This document shows, piece by piece, positions 1-12,900 of a DNA stretch of 64,000 bases; positions within the stretch are counted from its first letter, which is position 1; every line of letters begins with the position of its first letter. The notes beneath the pieces are model-generated. The model did no database searches and had not been told where the DNA came from. It saw only the letters and a list, made by a program, of their open reading frames with translations. This DNA comes from Eledone cirrhosa. Taxonomy: Eukaryota. The DNA lies in assembly GCA_964016885.1 (NCBI GenBank), contig CAXHJY010001576.1, positions 1-64,000 on the forward strand, read 5' to 3'. The position numbers and the translations under genes are program-made.

Positions 1-269
1 TACGCAGTTCACTTAATTTTCTCTCGTGCCAAAAATGTTAGATTGTGGTGTTTGGTTGGTGATGGAGAAGTGAATACATTTTTACAAGGAAAAATAGTGG
101 GAAGTGATTAAAACATTTCGTGAATTATTGACTCAAAAGTAAATCCTAATATTTGGCAAAGAAATGACAAAATAAAATAAAATATATACGATATCTGCAA
201 CATTGCCATCATTAGAACTAACACGAACATCAACAAGTATCGTTTATCAATAGCAATATCGATATCAAT

Positions 270-344
270 ATATATATATATATATATAATATATATATAT
301 ATATATACATACATACACACACATATATATTATTATGTATATAT

Positions 345-413
<69 letters not shown>

Positions 414-460
414 GTATATATATATATATATATAATATATGTATATATATAATATATATA

Positions 461-535
<75 letters not shown>

Positions 536-605
536 ATATATATGTATATATATATATAATATATATACATACATACACACACATATATATATATTATGTA
601 TATAT

Positions 606-647
<42 letters not shown>

Positions 648-665
648 TTATTAAATATATATATA

Positions 666-721
<56 letters not shown>

Positions 722-767
722 TGTGTGTGTGTGTGTGTATATATATGTATATATATATATATATATA

Positions 768-852
<85 letters not shown>

Positions 853-871
853 TATATATATATATATATAT
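270..871. repeat. (TA)n/(TG)n compound microsatellite
   Basis: Continuous TA/TG/CA dinucleotide runs; this is the source of the YI-rich ORFs. Confidence 0.97.
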
Positions 872-1207
872 GTACTTAGGGTAAATATTGATGCAATTCA
901 ATTCAAGCACTCAACGTACTCATTCCACATAGGAGTGACGGAGTAAATATCGAATAAGGAAAAGCGAAGTAGTTTCAGATGTTCAAGTCTTTTAATAATA
1001 ATGCTGTAATATATATTTCAATGGCGACAGTGTTCTGTGTGCCAGTGTCGCGACATCGTCAGACAGCTTGTTAGATAATAAGGTTATGTTTCCGAGGCAA
1101 TCCAAATTAAATTGACATGGGAACGGACGAAGTGTGTGCTTTTGGGTTCTTCATCCGTTCCCCTGTGAGTACCAATTCACCCCCTGAAACTACTTCGCTT
1201 TTCCTTA
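872..1207 (-). mobile_element. Hammerhead-bearing insert in (TA)n (family D), Penelope-like/retrozyme-like remnant with short fold-back arm
   Basis: Flanked by (TA)n on both sides. Second copy at 58205-58630. The terminal 25 nt (ctgaaactacttcgcttttccttat, ~1183-1207) are the reverse complement of 954-978. Confidence 0.7.
1003..1067 (-). ncRNA. Type I hammerhead ribozyme motif
   Basis: Minus strand: gctgt-CTGACGA-stem II (gcgaca/tgtcgc)-GAAA-tatata-TT-acagc. Stem I gctgt/acagc is perfect and stem III is palindromic. Confidence 0.7.
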
Positions 1208-1350
1208 TATATATATATACACACACACACATATATAAATATATAAAGAAACTCTGCTTCGTAGAATCGAGTTTGATTCCTCAACAGGGTAGCACGCTAT
1301 GTCCTCGAGCCAGACGCCATATTTTCAGTGAGAGAGAGAGAGAGAGGGAG

Positions 1351-1456
<106 letters not shown>

Positions 1457-1674
1457 AAAGAAGAAATAGAAGATAGAGAAGTCATGCAAATAAAATGCTA
1501 TTAATTTTTCAAAAAATTACGAGTTTCAACATAATACGTTTAAAATATAGTATCAACAGAAAATGTACACAGTTACATAAAACGAATAGACAACGCCATT
1601 TCTCCTTCGTCAGCCAGCTTGCTGGCAAGCAATATGGCGGTGTTGCATTCGTGATATATATATATATATATATC

Positions 1675-2089
1675 GGAAAATGTGTGAAATCCTTGATACA
1701 GTTAGGTATATTTGAAAAAAAGGAAAAGAATGACTTCACTTGTTGTTCTAAACAATTTGGTTTAATTTTATAATATCATAATATTATGAGTTGATAAATC
1801 TAGTAAGTCTTTGCTAACTTCGGTGGGAAGATTTTTGTAGATTCCTGGTTAACTTTCCTGGAGAACTTTCTCGCTCGCCACCGACGAATGCGAGAAAGTT
1901 CTCCAGGAAAGTTAACCAGGAATCTTTAAAGTTCTTCCCACCGAAGTTAACAAAGAACTTACTAGATTTACCAACTCATAATATTATAATATTATAAAAT
2001 TAAATCAAATTGTTTAGAACTACAAGTGAAGTCATTTTTTTCCTTTTTTCAAATATACCTAACTGTATCAAGGATTTCACACATTTTCC
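1675..2089. mobile_element. 415-bp fold-back (palindromic) insert in (TA)n
   Basis: 1675-1874 is the reverse complement of 1890-2089 with scattered mismatches. The ORF track shows matching MKSFFSFF peptides on both strands. Confidence 0.9.
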
Positions 2090-2097
2090 AATATATA

Positions 2098-2133
<36 letters not shown>

Positions 2134-2293
2134 TGTATGTATGTATGTATGTATGTATGTATGTATGTATGTATGTATGTATGTATGCATGTATGTGTGT
2201 ATGTATGCATATATATAAAAAGCCACATTCGAGATCGCAGCGCTGTTAGTTGCTATCGTGTGTGTGTGTGTATAGATATGTTTATGTGTGTGG

Positions 2294-2361
<68 letters not shown>

Positions 2362-2510
2362 TATTATTGTTGTTGTTGTCGTTATTATTATTGTTGTTAT
2401 TATTATTATTATTGTTATTAATATATATGTATATATATATATATTTTTTTTTTCTCGTGCAATGGTCATACTCGATAACGAGGGGGCAGCCATCATCATG
2501 TATGCATATA

Positions 2511-2692
2511 TAAACGGGGGTCGGCTGAAAAGTTTATGGTCTCACAAAGGTACTCCCATGAAATGACCAAATGAGGCATATTTTTAAATGTAACTCGTCG
2601 GAAAGAAACAATGCAGTTATTAATAAGTATTGAAATTAATCAATGCTAGATTTCATAGCTTAAGCATCTCTCCTTCATAGTCAGCCTGCCTC

Positions 2693-2696
<4 letters not shown>
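2511..2696. mobile_element. Decayed mariner-derived MITE
   Basis: Ends resemble mariner-type TIRs (aacgggggtcggctgaaaag ... gtcagcctgcctcgta). The right end is homologous to a fragment at ~34814-34880. Confidence 0.45.
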
Positions 2697-2732
<36 letters not shown>

Positions 2733-2820
2733 CTCACACACACGCGCGCGCACACACACACACTCACACACACACACACATACACCTATATATATATATA
2801 TATTTATATATATATTACTC

Positions 2821-2854
<34 letters not shown>

Positions 2855-2868
2855 TCACACACACACAT

Positions 2869-2901
<33 letters not shown>

Positions 2902-3371
2902 ATTTCCCCTTCATAAGCACTTTGCATATCTCCACGTTTCCCTGTATTTTAAAAAATATATGCGCCATCTTTAGATCCTAGAGTGAGCAATTATAATTGA
3001 ATTCAATTAAAATAAATTTCACCCTGCAACCAATGTAATACTAATCTAATAATCGATTATCATTAACCCTTTTTGTCGCCTCTATTCTCTTTCCTTCTCT
3101 TTTCTTTCGCTTATTCATTGTCACACAGTTCTGTGCATAAACACACAAAGCTTATACGTTCATAGTTTTACAGTTAGCTTGATCAACATCATTGTTCTTC
3201 ATGAAACATTAATACAAGTATTGAGTCATGATAAAAGTAAAAAGAACACACACAAAAAAAAAACAAATACTTGAAATCGATATATTCTTTTCTAGAAGCA
3301 GCAACCAAATTCCCTTCAAGTCACATATAATGCTCACTTGCAAAAGAAGGTTACATTATATAAATTAATCT

Positions 3372-3560
3372 GGTGGATTGGCAGTATCGGTAAAGGTTGG
3401 GCGCCATGCTTTGAAGCATAGAATTACCTCCCTTTATGATCTGAGTTCAAATCCCGCCGAGGTTTACTTTGCCTTTCATCCTTACGGGGGTCGATAAAAT
3501 AAAGTACCAGTAATGCACTGGGATAATTGCTGGCCTTGTGCCAAAAAGTAGAAACAATTA
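3372..3560 (+). mobile_element. tRNA-derived SINE, full length
   Basis: A-box-like tggcagtatcgg, B-box gagttcaaatccc, central gcctttcatcc..ggggtcgataaaataaagtacc, tail gaaacaattat. 19-bp TSD attatataaattaatctgg (3355-3373 and 3557-3575). Confidence 0.92.
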
Positions 3561-4518
3561 TATAAATTAATCTGGAAAAAAGTCAGAGTTGTTCTAATAG
3601 GAACACCTATCATAGGTTTAATTGTCCATGTCGACATGGGCTGAACATTATCAACAACAACAGCAACAGCAAGAGTATGCTTCGATCTCAACGATATCCA
3701 AGAAGTCGAAATGTCACCTTCTCGATCAAACGTTATGAGCAACAGTACAGTAACCCACGCCCTTCGTGCGGCAATTAGGAGTAAATGGCGAAAGAAGAAG
3801 AAAAAAATATAGGGTAAAAATAGTGAACCTAGACAAAAGGCAAGAAATGGGTCTTACAGAATACCTGAAATTCTCGGTAATCCAAGGGGAGGACACTAAC
3901 CTTTGTAATTTAATGCTGACTCCAAAAAAAGAGGAGGAACCACATACTATGTTGATTGCGGAGCGGATGGGTGGGGTTAATTACCCGTAGATGATTGATG
4001 GTTGTTAAAAACCACATCCCTGGGTTCTTACAGCTAAACGACTAGACCCTAGCGTTTTGAATACAGATCCTTCAAAATTTGGCAAACACTCAATATGCTC
4101 ACAGGCTATTTCAGAGAATTCAGTTTGGAGAAGGTGACTGGAGAAGGTGATCAGATTCATGGGACATCCGGATCCATACTTTCCTTCGATTCTCTGCTCT
4201 CTGAGTTCATATCCCACCGGGGTCAGCTTTGCCTTTCATCCATTCAAGGTCGATAGAAATATACCAGTCTAGTACTGGCGTCGGTTCCTTCTTTATGTCT
4301 CTTTCTCATTTCCATTCTCACTCTCTCTACCTTTCTCTGGAAGACATCTGCTGTATTCAGACCTGGGGACGATTGGGCTCTGCCAGGTATTAAAAAAAAT
4401 ACCCTAGAAACACAATATGGCAATACAGTGCCCCCCACGGCGTTGCGAGACCATGCAAGCATGCATATAAAACTTTTCAGTAATTTTCCCGTTTAGTGTA
4501 TATATATATATACGTATG

Positions 4519-4736
4519 TCATCAACATCACTCGTCGACTACTGTCGAGATGATGGATCTCACTCTCATGCCCCAGAATCCCCTGTCCCCCATCGCTGCC
4601 CCCAGGTCCTGTCTGCTGATTCCCGTATCCCTAGAGATAACGTCAGGGAATGACAGCTTCCTACTCCTAGTCAGGCTGGAGTCAGGGTTCCAGAGCAAGA
4701 GAGCGGATATGATTTCATTGCTGGCACGGTGACATC
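4519..4736 (-). mobile_element. 3' end fragment of RTE-clade LINE
   Basis: Minus-strand translation HRASNEIISALLLWNP...RKLSFPDVISRDTG...DLGAAMGDRGFW...* resembles the RTE ORF C-terminus, followed by a short tgatg tail. Confidence 0.7.
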
Positions 4737-4822
4737 ATATATTTGAGAACTATTTTTACTTAATACGTTTCATATTTTATATATGTGCATTTGTGGCAAA
4801 TAAAGAAAGGATTTCAATTGCT

Positions 4823-4992
4823 CAGTGGACGAACAGAATCGATAGAGCATCTAGGGAAATACGGTGAAATATTTCTTTCCGTGTTTTTTACGTTCTGAGT
4901 GCAAATACTGCTGAAGTCAGCTTTCTCGTTTATCCATCTGAGGGTCGATAAAATAAATTACCAATCGAATATTGTATTCGATATAATCGACT
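4823..4992 (+). mobile_element. Old diverged SINE copy (a partial copy also lies at 4197-4283)
   Basis: ttctgagtgcaaat...tccatctgagggtcgataaaataaattacc matches the SINE body. Confidence 0.65.
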
Positions 4993-5029
4993 TTCTTCTC
5001 CCATCAGATTGGTAATGCTTCTACATCAT

Positions 5030-5780
5030 AAAAAGAAAAAGAAGAAAAGACAAAGAAAAAGAAAAAGAAAAAGAAAAAGAAAAAGGAAAAGAAAAAGAAG
5101 AGGAAGAGAATAAAGAAAAGGAAAAAAGAAGAAAAATGAAAAAAATAAGAAAAAAAGGAGAGGTAAAAGAAGAAGAAGAAGAAGAAGAAGAAGAAGAAGA
5201 AGAAGAAGAAGAGAAACAAATTTCTCATCGCCACCATCACCACTATCATATTACCCTGAACACTACCATCTCCACCACCATCTCATTCCTCATCTCCACC
5301 ACCCTCTCTATCACCATCTCCACCACCCTCTCTATCACCACCACCACCACCACCACCACCACCACCATCACCCACCACCATCTCCACCACCATCACCACC
5401 ACTATCTCAATCACCATCTCCACCACCCTCTCTATCACCATCACCACCACCATCACCACCACCACCACCATCACCACCACCACCACCACCACCATCTCCA
5501 GCACCATCTCTGTCACCATTACCAGTCACATGCACAAGTAAAAGCATTGTTATTTCAACTCACGTCAAGTTTCGCTCTTACGTTTAATTAATAGACTCAA
5601 TAAAATCGATACAATTAGAGAACAATAATTAAAAAACTCCTCGTTCGTCGCTCCCATCTCCTCTCCCTCCTCCCCCTCCTCATCTACCTCCTCCTTTTCC
5701 TTCCTCCTCCTCTTCTTCCCTTCCTCCTCCACTCCTTTCCCTCCTCCTCCTTCTCCCCCTCCCCCTTTCCACTCCTTGCT
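5030..5780. repeat. Low-complexity block: (GAA)n, (CAC)n, CT-rich
   Basis: Direct reading. Confidence 0.9.
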
Positions 5781-5889
5781 AACAGAAATTAGTCTTATAC
5801 CCAACGATATTAAAGTTTTGTTCTATTTGTATAATAATTCTATCTTCATGACATCTATTTCCGCCATCATAGCTTATGTCACACTACAT

Positions 5890-6640
5890 CTCCACTCACA
5901 CTAGCTCCACGTGGCTATTTCCAGTCTCCACAGCTCCACTTACATTTATCTTTATCACTACAGCTCCTTACACACTTATCCGCATCACCATAGCTCCATT
6001 CACATTCATTTCCGTTATCATAGCTCCGCATACACTTATCTCTATTCATACAGTCCTACTCATACCTATCTTCATCGCCATAGCGAGCTCACACTCACAC
6101 TCACACTTATCGCCATTGCCATAGCTCCACTCACACTTATCGCCATTGCCATAGCTCCACTCACACTTATCACCATCGCCATAGCTCCTGTTACACTTAT
6201 TGCCATAGTTCCACTCACACTTACCGCCATCACCATAGCTCCACTCGCACTTATCGCCATAACCATAGCTCATGTCACTTATCGCCATCGCCAGAGCTCC
6301 ACTCATACTTATTGCCATTGCACCACTCACACTTATCACTATTACCATAGCTCCACTTATACCTATCAACTTATCACCATTACCGTAGCGTCTCTCCCAA
6401 ATATCACCATTACCGTAGCGTCTCTCCCAAATATCACCATTACCGTAGCGTCTCTCACAAATATCTCCATTAGCATAGCTCCACACACACTTATCACCAT
6501 TACCATAGCTCCACTCACATTTATCGCCATCACTATAGCTACCTCCACTTACACTTATCGCCATTACCATAGCGTCTCTCACAAATATCTCCATTATCAT
6601 AGCTCCACTCATACTTGTCTCCACCATTATAGCTCTACTC
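5890..6640. repeat. Degenerate 30-bp minisatellite (catagctccactcacacttatcgccattac)
   Basis: catagctcca recurs about every 30 bp; explains the 286-aa IAIAPLTL ORF. Confidence 0.88.
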
Positions 6641-6677
6641 AACACTACTCTGCCCAATTTCACTTATGTTATATTAT

Positions 6678-6868
6678 GGGATTGGCAGTATCGGTAGAGG
6701 GTCGGCCGCCATGTTTTGCAGCACAGAGTTACGGCCCTTTACGGTCTGAGTTCAAATCCCGCCGAGGTTAACTTTGTCTTTCATCCTTACCGGGGTCGAT
6801 GTAATAAAGTACCAGTAATGCACTGGTGTAATTGCTACCCTTGTGCCAAATGTAGAAACAATTATTAT
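6678..6868 (+). mobile_element. tRNA-derived SINE, full length
   Basis: Same family as 3372-3560. Confidence 0.9.
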
Positions 6869-6981
6869 TCGAAAGAATTTCTGCTGACTGACTGGCTGGC
6901 TGGTTAGTTGACTGGTTGATTGGTAAATAGGTAGGTGGGTGTTTCGAGAGCGGAGAGATGTGATGGGTGTCGTTGTTTCTC

Positions 6982-9900
6982 TAGTGGTGGTGGTAGTAGT
7001 TGTGAGGGTAGTGGTTGCAGAGGTGATATCACTGTTGTTGTAATGTAGTTGTAGTTGTTGTTGTTGTTGTTGATGGTGGTGGTGTGGTGGTGGTAGTAGT
7101 TGTGAGGGTAGTGGTTGCAGAGGTGATATCACTGTTGTTGTAATGTAGTTGTAGTTGTTGTTGTTGTTGTTGGTGGTGGTGGTGTGGTGGTGGTAGTAGT
7201 TGTAAGGGTAGTGGTTGCAGAGGTGATATCACTGTTGTTGTAATGTTGTTGTAGTTGTTGTTGTTGTTGTTGGTGGTGGTGGTGTGGTGGTAGTAGTTGT
7301 GAGGGTAGTGGTTGCAGAGGTGATATCACTGTTGTTGTAATGTTGTTGTAGTTGTTGTTGTTGTTGTTGGTGGTGTGGTGGTGGTGGTAGTAGTTGTGAG
7401 GGTAGTGGTTGCAGAGGTGATATCACTGTTGTTGTAATGTAGTTGTAGTTGTTGTTGTTGTTGGTGGTGGTGGTGTGGTGGTGGTAGTAGTTGTGAGGGT
7501 AGTGGTTGCAGAGGTGATATCACTGTTGTTGTAATGTTGTTGTAGTTGTTGTTGTTGTTGTTGGTGGTGGTGTGGTGGTGGTAGTAGTTGTGAGGGTAGT
7601 GGTTGCAGAGGTGATATCACTGTTGTTGTAATGTTGTTGTAGTTGTTGTTGTTGTTGGTGGTGGTGGTGTGGTGGTGGTGGTAGTAGTTGTAATGGTAGT
7701 GGTTGCAGAGGTGATATCACTGTTGTTGTAATGTAGTTGTAGTTGTTGTTGTTGTTGATGGTGGTGGTGTGGTGGTGGTAGTAGTTGTAATGGTAGTGGT
7801 TGCAGAGGTGATATCACTGTTGTTGTAATGTTGTTGTAGTTGTTGTTGTTGTTGATGGTGGTGGTGTGGTGGTGGTAGTAGTTGTAAGGGTAGTGGTTGC
7901 AGAGGTGATATCACTGTTGTTGTAATGTTGTTGTAGCTGTTGTTGTTGTTGGTGGTGGTGGTGTGGTGGTGGTGGTAGTAGTTGTAATGGTAGTGGTTGC
8001 AGAGGTGATATCACTGTTGTTGTAATGTTGTTGTAGTTGTTGTTGTTGTTGTTGTTGTTGGTGTGGTGGTGGTGGTAGTAGTTGTGAGGGTAGTGGTTGC
8101 AGAGGTGATATCACTGTTGTTGTAATGTTGTTGTAGTTGTTGTTGTTGTTGATGGTGGTGGTGTGGTGGTGGTAGTAGTTGTAAGGGTAGTGGTTGCAGA
8201 GGTGATATCACTGTTGTTGTAATGTTGTTGTAGCTGTTGTTGTTGTTGGTGGTGGTGGTGTGGTGGTGGTGGTAGTTGTAAGGGTAGTGGTTGCAGAGGT
8301 GATATCACTGTTGTTGTAATGTTGTTGTAGTTGTTGTTGTTGTTGATGGTGGTGGTGTGGTGGTGGTAGTAGTTGTAAGGGTAGTGGTTGCAGAGGTGAT
8401 ATCACTGTTGTTGTAATGTTGTTGTAGTTGTTGTTGTTGTTGTTGGTGGTGTGGTGGTGGTGGTAGTAGTTGTGAGGGTAGTGGTTGCAGAGGTGATATC
8501 ACTGTTGTTGTAATGTTGTTGTAGCTGTTGTTGTTGTTGGTGGTGGTGGTGTGGTGGTGGTGGTAGTTGTAAGGGTAGTGGTTGCAGAGGTGATATCACT
8601 GTTGTTGTAATGTTGTTGTAGTTGTTGTTGTTGTTGATGGTGGTGGTGTGGTGGTGGTAGTAGTTGTAAGGGTAGTGGTTGCAGAGGTGATATCACTGTT
8701 GTTGTAATGTTGTTGTAGCTGTTGTTGTTGTTGGTGGTGGTGGTGTGGTGGTGGTAGTAGTTGTAAGGGTAGTGGTTGCAGAGGTGATATCACTGTTGTT
8801 GTAATGTTGTTGTAGTTGTTGTTGTTGTTGATGGTGGTGGTGTGGTGGTGGTGGTAGTAGTTGTGAGGGTAGTGGTTGCAGAGGTGATATCACTGTTGTT
8901 GTAATGTTGTTGTAGTTGTTGTTGTTGTTGATGGTGGTGGTGTGGTGGTGGTGGTAGTAGTTGTGAGGGTAGTGGTTGCAGAGGTGATATCACTGTTGTT
9001 GTAATGTTGTTGTAGTTGTTGTTGTTGTTGATGGTGGTGGTGTGGTGGTGGTAGTAGTTGTAAGGGTAGTGGTTGCAGAGGTGATATCACTGTTGTTGTA
9101 ATGTTGTTGTAGCTGTTGTTGTTGTTGGTGGTGGTGGTGTGGTGGTGGTGGTAGTAGTTGTAATGGTAGTGGTTGCAGAGGTGATATCACTGTTGTTGTA
9201 ATGTTGTTGTAGTTGTTGTTGTTGTTGATGGTGGTGGTGTGGTGGTGGTGGTAGTAGTTGTGAGGGTAGTGGTTGCAGAGGTGATATCACTGTTGTTGTA
9301 ATGTTGTTGTAGTTGTTGTTGTTGTTGATGGTGGTGGTGTGGTGGTGGTAGTAGTTGTAAGGGTAGTGGTTGCAGAGGTGATATCACTGTTGTTGTAATG
9401 TTGTTGTAGCTGTTGTTGTTGTTGGTGGTGGTGGTGTGGTGGTGGTGGTAGTTGTAAGGGTAGTGGTTGCAGAGGTGATATCACTGTTGTTGTAATGTTG
9501 TTGTAGTTGTTGTTGTTGTTGATGGTGGTGGTGTGGTGGTGGTAGTAGTTGTAAGGGTAGTGGTTGCAGAGGTGATATCACTGTTGTTGTAATGTTGTTG
9601 TAGTTGTTGTTGTTGTTGTTGGTGGTGTGGTGGTGGTGGTAGTAGTTGTGAGGGTAGTGGTTGCAGAGGTGATATCACTGTTGTTGTAATGTTGTTGTAG
9701 TTGTTGTTGCTGTTGGTGGTGGTGTGGTGGTGGTAGTAGTTGTGAGGGTAGTGGTTGCAGAGGTGATATCACTGTTGTTGTAATGTTGTTGTAGTTGTTG
9801 TTGTTGTTGGTGGTGGTGTGGTGGTGGTAGTAGTTGTGAGGGTAGTGGTTGCAGAGGTGATATCACTGTTGTTGTAATGTAGTTGTAGTTGTTGTTGTTG

Positions 9901-12900
9901 TTGGTGGTGGTGGTGTGGTGGTGGTAGTAGTTGTAATGGTAGTGGTTGCAGAGGTGATATCACTGTTGTTGTAATGTTGTTGTAGTTGTTGTTGTTGTTG
10001 GTGGTGGTGGTGTGGTGGTGGTAGTAGTTGTAAGGGTAGTGGTTGCAGAGGTGATATCACTGTTGTTGTAATGTAGTTGTAGTTGTTGTTGTTGTTGGTG
10101 GTGGTGGTGGTGTGGTGGTGGTAGTAGTTGTAATGGTAGTGGTTGCAGAGGTGATATCACTGTTGTTGTAATGTTGTTGTAGTTGTTGTTGTTGTTGGTG
10201 GTGGTGGTGTGGTGGTGGTAGTAGTTGTAATGGTAGTGGTTGCAGAGGTGATATCACTGTTGTTGTAATGTTGTTGTAGTTGTTGTTGTTGTTGGTGGTG
10301 GTGTGGTGGTGGTGGTGGTAGTAGTTGTGAGGGTAGTGGTTGCAGAGGTGATATCACTGTTGTTGTAATGTTGTTGTAGCTGTTGTTGTTGTTGGTGGTG
10401 GTGGTGTGGTGGTGGTAGTAGTTGTAATGGTAGTGGTTGCAGAGGTGATATCACTGTTGTTGTAATGTAGTTGTAGTTGTTGTTGTTGTTGTTGGTGGTG
10501 GTGTGGTGGTGGTGGTAGTAGTTGTAATGGTAGTGGTTGCAGAGGTGATATCACTGTTGTTGTAATGTTGTTGTAGTTGTTGTTGTTGTTGGTGGTGGTG
10601 GTGTGGTGGTGGTGGTAGTAGTTGTAATGGTAGTGGTTGCAGAGGTGATATCACTGTTGTTGTAATGTTGTTGTAGTTGTTGTTGTTGTTGGTGGTGGTG
10701 TGGTGGTGGTGGTGGTAGTAGTTGTGAGGGTAGTGGTTGCAGAGGTGATATCACTGTTGTTGTAATGTTGTTGTAGTTGTTGTTGTTGTTGGTGGTGGTG
10801 TGGTGGTGGTGGTAGTAGTTGTGAGGGTAGTGGTTGCAGAGGTGATATCACTGTTGTTGTAATGTTGTTGTAGCTGTTGTTGTTGTTGGTGGTGGTGGTG
10901 GTGTGGTGGTGGTAGTAGTTGTGAGGGTAGTGGTTGCAGAGGTGATATCACTGTTGTTGTAATGTTGTTGTAGCTGTTGTTGTTGTTGGTGGTGGTGGTG
11001 TGGTGGTGGTAGTAGTTGTGAGGGTAGTGGTTGCAGAGGTGATATCACTGTTGTTGTAATGTTGTTGTAGCTGTTGTTGTTGTTGTTGGTGGTGGTGGTG
11101 TGGTGGTGGTAGTAGTTGTAAGGGTAGTGGTTGCAGAGGTGATATCACTGTTGTTGTAATGTTGTTGTAGTTGTTGTTGTTGTTGGTGGTGGTGTGGTGG
11201 TGGTGGTAGTAGTTGTGAGGGTAGTGGTTGCAGAGGTGATATCACTGTTGTTGTAATGTTGTTGTAGCTGTTGTTGTTGTTGGTGGTGGTGGTGGTGTGG
11301 TGGTGGTAGTAGTTGTGAGGGTAGTGGTTGCAGAGGTGATATCACTGTTGTTGTAATGTTGTTGTAGTTGTTGTTGTTGTTGGTGGTGGTGTGGTGGTGG
11401 TGGTAGTAGTTGTGAGGGTAGTGGTTGCAGAGGTGATATCACTGTTGTTGTAATGTTGTTGTAGCTGTTGTTGTTGTTGGTGGTGGTGGTGGTGTGGTGG
11501 TGGTAGTAGTTGTGAGGGTAGTGGTTGCAGAGGTGATATCACTGTTGTTGTAATGTTGTTGTAGCTGTTGTTGTTGTTGTTGGTGGTGGTGGTGTGGTGG
11601 TGGTAGTAGTTGTAAGGGTAGTGGTTGCAGAGGTGATATCACTGTTGTTGTAATGTAGTTGTAGTTGTTGTTGTTGTTGGTGGTGGTGGTGTGGTGGTGG
11701 TAGTAGTTGTAATGGTAGTGGTTGCAGAGGTGATATCACTGTTGTTGTAATGTTGTTGTAGTTGTTGTTGTTGTTGGTGGTGGTGGTGTGGTGGTGGTAG
11801 TAGTTGTAAGGGTAGTGGTTGCAGAGGTGATATCACTGTTGTTGTAATGTTGTTGTAGCTGTTGTTGTTGTTGGTGGTGGTGGTGGTGTGGTGGTGGTAG
11901 TAGTTGTGAGGGTAGTGGTTGCAGAGGTGATATCACTGTTGTTGTAATGTTGTTGTAGTTGTTGTTGTTGTTGTTGTTGTTGGTGTGGTGGTGGTGGTAG
12001 TAGTTGTGAGGGTAGTGGTTGCAGAGGTGATATCACTGTTGTTGTAATGTTGTTGTAGTTGTTGTTGTTGTTGGTGGTGGTGTGGTGGTGGTAGTAGTTG
12101 TGAGGGTAGTGGTTGCAGAGGTGATATCACTGTTGTTGTAATGTTGTTGTAGCTGTTGTTGTTGTTGGTGGTGGTGGTGTGGTGGTAGTAGTTGTGAGGG
12201 TAGTGGTTGCAGAGGTGATATCACTGTTGTTGTAATGTTGTTGTAGTTGTTGTTGTTGGTGGTGGTGGTGTGGTGGTGGTGGTAGTAGTTGTAAGGGTAG
12301 TGGTTGCAGAGGTGATATCACTGTTGTTGTAATGTTGTTGTAGTTGTTGTTGTTGTTGATGGTGGTGGTGTGGTGGTGGTAGTAGTTGTGAGGGTAGTGG
12401 TTGCAGAGGTGATATCACTGTTGTTGTAATGTTGTTGTAGTTGTTGTTGTTGGTGGTGGTGGTGTGGTGGTGGTAGTAGTTGTGAGGGTAGTGGTTGCAG
12501 AGGTGATATCACTGTTGTTGTAATGTTGTTGTAGTTGTTGTTGTTGGTGGTGGTGGTGTGGTGGTGGTGGTAGTTGTGAGGGTAGTGGTTGCAGAGGTGA
12601 TATCACTGTTGTTGTAATGTTGTTGTAGTTGTTGTTGTTGGTGGTGGTGGTGTGGTGGTGGTAGTAGTTGTGAGGGTAGTGGTTGCAGAGGTGATATCAC
12701 TGTTGTTGTAATGTTGTTGTAGTTGTTGTTGTTGGTGGTGGTGGTGTGGTGGTGGTAGTAGTTGTGAGGGTAGTGGTTGCAGAGGTGATATCACTGTTGT
12801 TGTAATGTTGTTGTAGTTGTTGTTGTTGGTGGTGGTGGTGTGGTGGTGGTGGTAGTTGTGAGGGTAGTGGTTGCAGAGGTGATATCACTGTTGTTGTAAT

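Noticed and set aside
5911-6771. 286-aa hydrophobic ORF
   Set aside because: Translation of a 30-bp minisatellite running into a SINE.
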